A stretch of DNA of 64,000 nt from Octopus vulgaris. Its lineage: Eukaryota. The notes under the pieces are model-generated. The model did not search any database and had not been told where the DNA came from. It worked only from the letters and a program-made list of their open reading frames with translations. Shown in pieces: positions 54,854-64,000 of the stretch (the stretch's first letter is position 1; the number at the start of each line of letters is the position of its first letter). The position numbers and the translations under genes are program-made. The stretch covers positions 14,570,001 through 14,634,000 of the forward strand of contig OX597836.1 in NCBI GenBank assembly GCA_951406725.2. Reading direction: 5' to 3'.

Positions 54854-55119
54854 ATATATAAATATATACAATTACATATGTGTGTGTGTGTGTGTAATTA
54901 CATATACGCGTGTGGATATGTAAAACAGGTTGTGTATAGGATCATTTAGAGTCCTGTAACTCTCGTATCCCCATCAAAACACAGCTATTCTCCTTAATGC
55001 AATACCATGACAATTTGACAATATATAGACCCGTGGTTCCCAACTTGTGGCCCGCAAAGGTAGTACTGGGAGTCCGTGAACTAAATTCAAAATTTCAGAT
55101 ACACACACACACAGACACA

Positions 55120-55165
<46 letters not shown>

Positions 55166-55233
55166 TATACATAAGGATGAGTATGTTGAAAGGGCTGCGT
55201 GGAAAAATTCATTTAAATAAAAGGGGTCCATGA

Positions 55234-55466
55234 TATATACAAAATTAAGAGGAATGACCACAAAAGTGGACGCCTAATATGCTAAACATAGACGTCAAAT
55301 CGCCATTACCACAAAGAGTGTGTTCTCAAGAAACACACTCTTTGTGGTAATGGCGATTTGACGTCTATGTTTAGCAAATTAGGTGTCCACTTTAGTGGTC
55401 ATTCCTCTTAATTTTGTATATAACACAATTTTTAATCTTCGGATTTTTTAAATACGCTAAATCATT

Positions 55467-55470
<4 letters not shown>
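55234..55470 (+). mobile_element. Palindromic element (about 190-bp hairpin) of the CCACTGG-tail family
   Basis: 55234-55422 is a near-perfect inverted repeat centred on ttctcaagaa; tail shared with the 19950 and 39145 copies. Confidence 0.85.
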
Positions 55471-55541
<71 letters not shown>

Positions 55542-55543
<2 letters not shown>

Positions 55544-55768
55544 CAGAAAATTCAACAAAATGTACCAGTATATAGTTTATCGTATGCCGTTCATCAGACA
55601 GTTTTGGCTATAAAAACTGTATGATGAACGGCAACGCATCAACTCAAGATATAATATATATTTTGTTGAATTTGTCTCATTTGCTGCGTAAAATAAAGTT
55701 ATATTACTCTACCACTGGTATTTGAGTCTCTTTTTTACACCTTGTTTCACATTTATGTGTTTACCCGG

Positions 55769-55769
<1 letters not shown>
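55542..55769. mobile_element. Diverged copy of the 15569 palindromic hammerhead element
   Basis: gccgttcatcagacagtttt / aaaactgtatgatgaacggc; near-identical tail ttactctaccactggtatttgagt...tttcacatttatgtgtttac. Confidence 0.8.
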
Positions 55770-55807
<38 letters not shown>

Positions 55808-55917
55808 CATATATACATACATATATGTACCAGTATATACTTATATGTATGTATATATGCCTATACATATATTTTATTTATATTACTATATGATTGAACG
55901 CTACGCATCAATTTCAA

Positions 55918-55974
<57 letters not shown>

Positions 55975-57049
55975 CACAACATGTGTACGTACCTGTACAC
56001 CTACATACACACAAGGACTTACGCACATACATACAACATGCATTCATACATACATATACACACAATATACCCTATAAACATACATCAATAAACATACCCA
56101 TAGAAACACACAAATATAAACACATGCAATAGACATACATATCCACAAATTATAATATATACATACAACATTTATTTGTACTATATAAAAGACATGCATA
56201 CGTACAAGCTTAGATGTATACATACATACATACATACATGCATGCATACATACATACATACATACATGCATGCATGCATACATACATACATACATACATA
56301 CATACATACATACATACATACATAACATACATACATACATACATACATACATACATACATACATACATACATGCATACATACATACATACATACATACAT
56401 ACATACACACATAAATGCATACATACATACATACATACATACATACATACATACATACATACATACATTCATACATACATACATACATACATACATACAT
56501 ACATACATTCATACATACATACATACATACATGCATGCATACATACATACATACATACATACATACATACATACATACATACATACATACATACATTCAC
56601 ATACATACATACATACATACATACATACATACATACATACATACATACATACATACATACATACATACATACATACACATACATACATACATACATACAT
56701 ACATACATACATACATACATACATACATACATACATACATACATACATACATACATACATACATACATGCATACATACATACATACAGTTCAGAAATATA
56801 AACCAATGAAACCAGTGAAACATGGCGGCGTTGCGTCACAAAATAACTTGACGAAATAACATCACAGAAGCTCAGCAAAGAGAAACGTCTGAACCTAGAC
56901 TTCCAATTGACAACTGATGAAGTCATCGGACATGTCTTTCGTCTGTCTGAGTAAATCTTTGTTTTTACTAGATTTCGCCTTCTCTTTTGACAAAGAATGA
57001 TTCTATTACAATTTGCGCTGTGCGCGCACAAACATACCTGCATTCATAG

Positions 57050-57090
<41 letters not shown>

Positions 57091-57189
57091 TTGTATACAT
57101 GTTCAGATTTTCTAATAAATATATATGTACACAATCATATGTCACTGTGCATACACACACATACATACATACATACATACATACACATA

Positions 57190-57239
<50 letters not shown>

Positions 57240-57264
57240 TATATATGTATACATATAATACATA

Positions 57265-57309
<45 letters not shown>

Positions 57310-57320
57310 ATATGTATATA

Positions 57321-57385
<65 letters not shown>

Positions 57386-57396
57386 ACATATAATAC

Positions 57397-57700
<304 letters not shown>

Positions 57701-57801
57701 AAAACACACAAAATAATACATACATACATACATACATACATACATACATGTATATATATGTGTGTATGATTGTGTGTGTATACATACATATAAAAGTGCA
57801 T

Positions 57802-57856
<55 letters not shown>

Positions 57857-57946
57857 CAGACAGACAGATAAATATATATGTACACAATCATATGTCACTG
57901 TGCATACACATACATACATACATACATACATACATACATACACATA

Positions 57947-57978
<32 letters not shown>

Positions 57979-58268
57979 GATAGATAGATACATATATATA
58001 TATACATATATATATACAGACAGACAGACAGACAGACAGACTGACTGACAGATAGATAGATAATAGATAGGCAGATAGATAGATAGATAGGTTGTCTGCT
58101 CCTGTCGCAATTTATGCTCAATATACAGCTCTACCTTCAAATTGAATAACTACACAATAATTTATGTTGGAACACGTGTTTAGTAAACTTAGAATTCAAC
58201 GTGAAGATTCGTTGTAACAGTCACACACAAACACACTATTATATATGTGTGTGTGTGTGTGTGTGTAT

Positions 58269-58341
<73 letters not shown>

Positions 58342-58342
<1 letters not shown>

Positions 58343-58752
58343 GGCACGTATGAATGACGACGCCACCTTGACTATGATTCTATGAACCGTAAAAATAATA
58401 CAGAGAGTTGCTTATTTGCAAAAAAAAAAAAAATATAACATGTGACTCCATTGACCGAGGTTACCGTGGTCTTTTCCGTAGGCTTTTCTTTCCACGGGTA
58501 AACCTCACCTGTCCTCCCCTTTACACTTCATATTGACATTTCTGTGATAACGATCCCTATTGATCAATTTTTTTTTTCCTCTCCCACTTTTTTTTAATCC
58601 CCCCCTTTTTTGTCCTCTTTCTCTCCTTTTACGATCCCTTTTGATCGAAACTCCCCCTTCCTTTTTTTTTTTTATTTAAACCTTCAAAAGAAAAGCTCTA
58701 CCTTGTAATTTGTTCTATCTGTGTGCAGCCCTGTGTGGCTAATAAAGAAACA
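58342..58752 (+). mobile_element. Tx1/L1-like LINE 3' end inserted in (TATC)n
   Basis: ORF end ARMNDDATLTMIL*; 3' UTR ending cagccctgtgtggctaataaa, like the 22511 copy; (TATC)n on both sides. Confidence 0.6.
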
Positions 58753-58769
58753 TATCTATCTATTTATCA

Positions 58770-58813
<44 letters not shown>

Positions 58814-58814
58814 C

Positions 58815-58859
<45 letters not shown>

Positions 58860-59136
58860 TTAATAAAAAATCATATATCAGAATGAAGCATTCTAGAACT
58901 ATACCAGTAATTCATACCGTGTGGCCTGCTGTCCACAATGTTTTAACTTTATTGATGGGAAGCCTTGGGTAACTATATATCCAAGATATAAAATGTTGGT
59001 GTAATATGTGTGTATGTGTGTGTGTGCTTGAATATATATATAAATATATATATATATTTATATATATATATTTCTAACTATCAATCTTTATACACATATA
59101 CGCACCACACACATATATATCCATACACACATAAAC

Positions 59137-59211
<75 letters not shown>

Positions 59212-59241
59212 ACATATATATACATATACATACATATATGC

Positions 59242-59274
<33 letters not shown>

Positions 59275-59284
59275 CATACATATA

Positions 59285-59339
<55 letters not shown>

Positions 59340-59814
59340 ATGTATGTATGTATGTATGTATGTATGTATGTATGTATGCATGTATACTTCAGTTCAAGAA
59401 ACACACCCATATGTATACGTCTACGAAATGGACCATGCTAGAGGTATATTACCTATTACATACAGGTACAAAGTATTGATTTGTCATCCAATCTATTAGC
59501 ATCACATATCGCCAAATGACAAGTGTCGTCGAGTCTCAGACATGTTTAATGTAAAATATAGTTTTACATGTCTTAAATGTAAATATATATAGGTTTATAT
59601 CAACATCTATATAGATAGATAGATACATACATACATACATACATAGATTTATATATAAACACAGACACACAAACACACACATATAAAATGGTCCAGAGAA
59701 TCATTTGTCACTCCTGTCATATATGATTAAGTAACAAGTTCTCAATATTTGTAGACATAACTATAACATATTTACAAATATTTACTTAAATATATATATA
59801 TATGTGTGTGTGTA

Positions 59815-59904
<90 letters not shown>

Positions 59905-59937
59905 CATATATATACATATATATATATATATGTATAT

Positions 59938-60001
<64 letters not shown>

Positions 60002-60059
60002 ATATGTGTGTGTGTGTGTATGTATATATACATATATCTATATATATATATAGATATAG

Positions 60060-60275
<216 letters not shown>

Positions 60276-60398
60276 TACATACGTATCGAAATTGCGAGGA
60301 TGATCCGGTTCTTGACTGAAGATTGAAGGCATCGAATGTCCCGTCCGTGTTTTTTGTATCGTCTTCTAAATGTTTTGCGTTCTTGTCCCAGTTTGTAT

Positions 60399-60462
<64 letters not shown>

Positions 60463-60499
60463 ACACACAAACATATATACATATATATATTTTTTTTAT

Positions 60500-60828
60500 C
60501 TGTAACTTGTTTCCGTCATTAGACTGCGGCCATGCTGGGGCACCGCCGTGAATAATGTTTAGTCGAATGAATCGATCGCAGTAATTTTGTTTTAAGCCTG
60601 GTACTTAATCAACCCATCTGTCTTGCCAAACCGGTAAGTCACATAGGCGATAACACACTAACACCGGTTGTCTAGCGGTGGAGAACAAACACAGTCAAAT
60701 AGACATTCACAGACGTAGATATATACATACATACATACATACACGCATACATACATACATATACATATACATACGTACATACATGCACAAATACACACAT
60801 ATACACACCCATACATACATATATATAT

Positions 60829-60882
<54 letters not shown>

Positions 60883-60972
60883 ATAGATATATAAACGACA
60901 GTCTTCTTCCAGTTTCCGTTTGCCAAATCCATCCACAAGGCGTTGGTCAGCTCAAGGCCATAGTAGAAGACA
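60500..60972 (-). mobile_element. Diverged SINE family A with expanded internal microsatellite
   Basis: gactgcggccatgctggggcaccgcc...ccagtttccgtttgccaaatcc...tagtagaagacac. Confidence 0.8.
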
Positions 60973-61008
60973 CAACACATATATATACCACATACATATA
61001 GAGATATA

Positions 61009-61071
<63 letters not shown>

Positions 61072-61126
61072 TATATACATATGATATATATATTCATATA
61101 TACACTTATATATATATATATAATAT

Positions 61127-61185
<59 letters not shown>

Positions 61186-61343
61186 TATACATATATATAT
61201 CATACATATATATACATACATATATACATATATATATAATATATATATATATGTATATATATATATATGTGTGTGTTTAGATATATATATATATACAAAC
61301 ATATATATGTATATACATGCATACATACATACATACATACATA

Positions 61344-61402
<59 letters not shown>

Positions 61403-61598
61403 TTAGTCGAGCTCGCCTAATCGTTAGCGACCGGACAAAATGCCTAGCGACGTTTCCTCCGACTTTTCGAGGTCGATCAAATGATTAAGAGCCGATCGCT
61501 GGCGCGAACGTAATCCGCTTAACGCCTACCGCAACGTCCTTCCGTTTTTAACTCTTGAGCTCGAAGCAGATGAAGCTATAAATAATATCGTGTGTATA

Positions 61599-61757
61599 GG
61601 CGCAGGAGCGGCTGTGTGGTAAGTAGCTTGCTTACCAACCACATGGTTCTGGGTTCAGTCCCACTACGTGGCACCTTGAGCTAGTGTTTTCTACTATAGC
61701 CTCAGGCTGACCAAAGCCTTGTGAGTGGATTTGGTAGACGGAAACTGAAAAGAAGCT

Positions 61758-61815
<58 letters not shown>

Positions 61816-62021
61816 TTGTGTTTGTCCCCCTAGCATTGCTTGACAACCGATGCTGGTGTGTTTATGTCCCCGTTACTTAGCGGTTCGGCAAAAGAGACCG
61901 ATAGAATAAGTACTGGGCTTACAAAAAGAATAAGTCCCGGGGTCGAGTTGCTCGATTAAAGTCGGTGCTCCAGCATGGCCGCAGTCAAATGACTGAAACA
62001 AGTAAAAGAGTAAAAGAGAGT
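61599..62021 (+). mobile_element. SINE family A, full length
   Basis: Matches 816-1221. Confidence 0.92.
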
Positions 62022-62274
62022 ATATTGCGTTATAAAAACCCGTTGGGTAGCAAAAGTCGAGGGCTGCCCGTGGAACATTTTCTGACCAACATGCTCTTAT
62101 TAGTATTAACTAATTAGTTTTTATTAGTATTAGTATTAACTAAATCTGTTTCGAGTTCTGCATTTAATAACTAATTGTTTTGCGGTCTCTCTATAATTCT
62201 ACACGACTCCACGGTAAGTTATAGATACACACACGCATATACATACATATATATGCGTATATATTTATATATAT

Positions 62275-62318
<44 letters not shown>

Positions 62319-62437
62319 CGTATGCATGCATATGTATATGTATATATATATATATATGTAAATGTATGTATGTATATATATACACACACCCAAAGTGTCA
62401 GTAAAATTTAACTATTTAAAATAGTTATAAATAATCT

Positions 62438-62667
62438 TTATTCTTTTACTTGTTTCCGTCATTTGACTGTGGCCATGCTGGAGCACCGCCTTTAGTCGAG
62501 CAAATCGACTCCAGGACTTATTCTTTGTAAGCTTAGTACTTATTCTATCGGTTTCTTTTTGTCGAACTGCCAAGTTACGGGGACGTAATCACACCAGCAT
62601 CGGTTGTCAAGTGATGTTGGTGAGGACGAACACAGACACACACACATATACTCACACATACATATAT

Positions 62668-62721
<54 letters not shown>

Positions 62722-62881
62722 CGGGCTTCTTTCAGTTTCCGTTTACCAAATCCACTCACAAGGCATTGGTCGGCCCGGGGCTATAGCATAAGACAGTTGC
62801 CCACGGTGCCACGCAGTGGGACTGAACCCGGAACCATGTAGTTCGTAAGCAAGCTACTTACCACACAGCCACTCCTGCGCC
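62438..62881 (-). mobile_element. SINE family A, full length
   Basis: Reverse complement of family A. Confidence 0.92.
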
Positions 62882-62964
62882 TATTAATTGTAATCTCTTT
62901 TTCCCGAAATTTCTTTGAAGTATAAGAATTTAATCTGTAATTGTAATGTTGTTGTTGTTGTGTG

Positions 62965-63351
62965 TGAATGCTTGAATGCCAACTTTTACCGGGAGATGGT
63001 TGGGTCATTGTGGTTCGCATGTGTGAGCAGCCGGGAGCCACGGCTTTAACACGGTGTGGCTTCTATCTTCGAAGTCAGTTAAAGGGACAAGTCTGCTCTA
63101 CACATCCAAAGATTTGGGAAGAATACGTGGAGTTAGATCGGCCATCTCACAAGAGTTCCAGATGAATTCAGTTGACGCAGTCCTTGGACAACTCAAGAAG
63201 CTGGCAGCGACATCTGGAGCCCTAATCGAATTTTAAAAACTTCATACTAAAATCTTTCCTCCCACATACATTTTTGATTTTGTAAAAATTACAATTAATA
63301 GATAATCTAAGAGTATCTCAAAATTGGTGGTCAAGTTTCAAACACCCTCTA
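62965..63351 (+). pseudogene. Degraded Tc1/mariner transposase C-terminus (rosa/DD41D-like) with right TIR remnant
   Basis: Across frameshifts: FTGRWLGHCGSHV*AAGSH / LTRCGFYLRSQLKGQVCSTHPK / VRSAISQEF, resembling FPGRWIGRRG..WPARSPDLTPCDFFLWG.LK..VY. End tttcaaacaccctcta. Confidence 0.7.
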
Positions 63352-63356
63352 GATGC

Positions 63357-63387
<31 letters not shown>

Positions 63388-63477
63388 TATGTATATGTAT
63401 ATATTCATATATAGATGTATATATATATATATATTCATATATATAGATGTATATATACCTACATATATATATATATG

Positions 63478-63508
<31 letters not shown>

Positions 63509-63576
63509 ATGTATGTGTATATATATATATATATATATTTATATATACATATAATATATGCATTCATATATACACT

Positions 63577-63616
<40 letters not shown>

Positions 63617-63678
63617 TAGATAGATAGATATATACATATATATATATATATCATACATATATATACATACATATATAC

Positions 63679-63735
<57 letters not shown>

Positions 63736-63746
63736 ATATGTATGTG

Positions 63747-63821
<75 letters not shown>

Positions 63822-63876
63822 TTATAAATTTTTTCAGGATTAAACAAAAAGACAACAAACGGAAATTACGACATAC

Positions 63877-63931
<55 letters not shown>

Positions 63932-64000
63932 ATGTTACATAATATTGAGGTCTCTTTCTTTCTTTTGTTATCTTACCGTTTTATCAATATATATATATAT

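Noticed and set aside
55031-55232. Possible hAT MITE starting ccgtggttcccaac
   Set aside because: No convincing right TIR or TSD.
56913-56950. CTGATGA followed by a short hairpin
   Set aside because: There is no GAAA, stem III or stem I in the right positions, so it is not a hammerhead. The same applies to ctgatga at 6533.
61060-63730. Matching compound microsatellite patterns at about 61070-61270 and 63540-63720 (also 57115 and 57870)
   Set aside because: Likely simple local duplication or assembly redundancy of low-complexity DNA; no functional signal.

Overview
A 64-kb AT-rich eukaryotic non-coding (intergenic or intronic) window. The SINE repertoire and the extreme (TA)n/(CATA)n/(CA)n/(GA)n microsatellite load are consistent with an octopod cephalopod genome (inference). 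I can support no host protein-coding gene; almost all listed ORFs are microsatellite artefacts. The real coding remnants are transposon-derived: an R4/Dong-like RT relic (1-270), a frame-intact 5'-truncated RTE LINE (11848-12592), Tx1/L1-like 3' ends (18196, 22511, 58342), a DD37D maT-like transposase (41521-42625) and a rosa/DD41D-like fragment (62965-63351). There are over 30 tRNA-derived SINE copies in several families, plus hAT, Tc1 and Merlin-like MITEs and non-autonomous Helitrons. The most striking signal is a dense set of small elements, mostly embedded in (TA)n, that carry minimal type I hammerhead ribozyme motifs with palindromic stem III, typical of Penelope-like pseudo-LTRs. Several are palindromes placing a hammerhead on both strands (best case 39355-39560). 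Related palindromic families share a downstream CCACTGG box but lack a recognisable hammerhead. All alignments and folds were done by eye.
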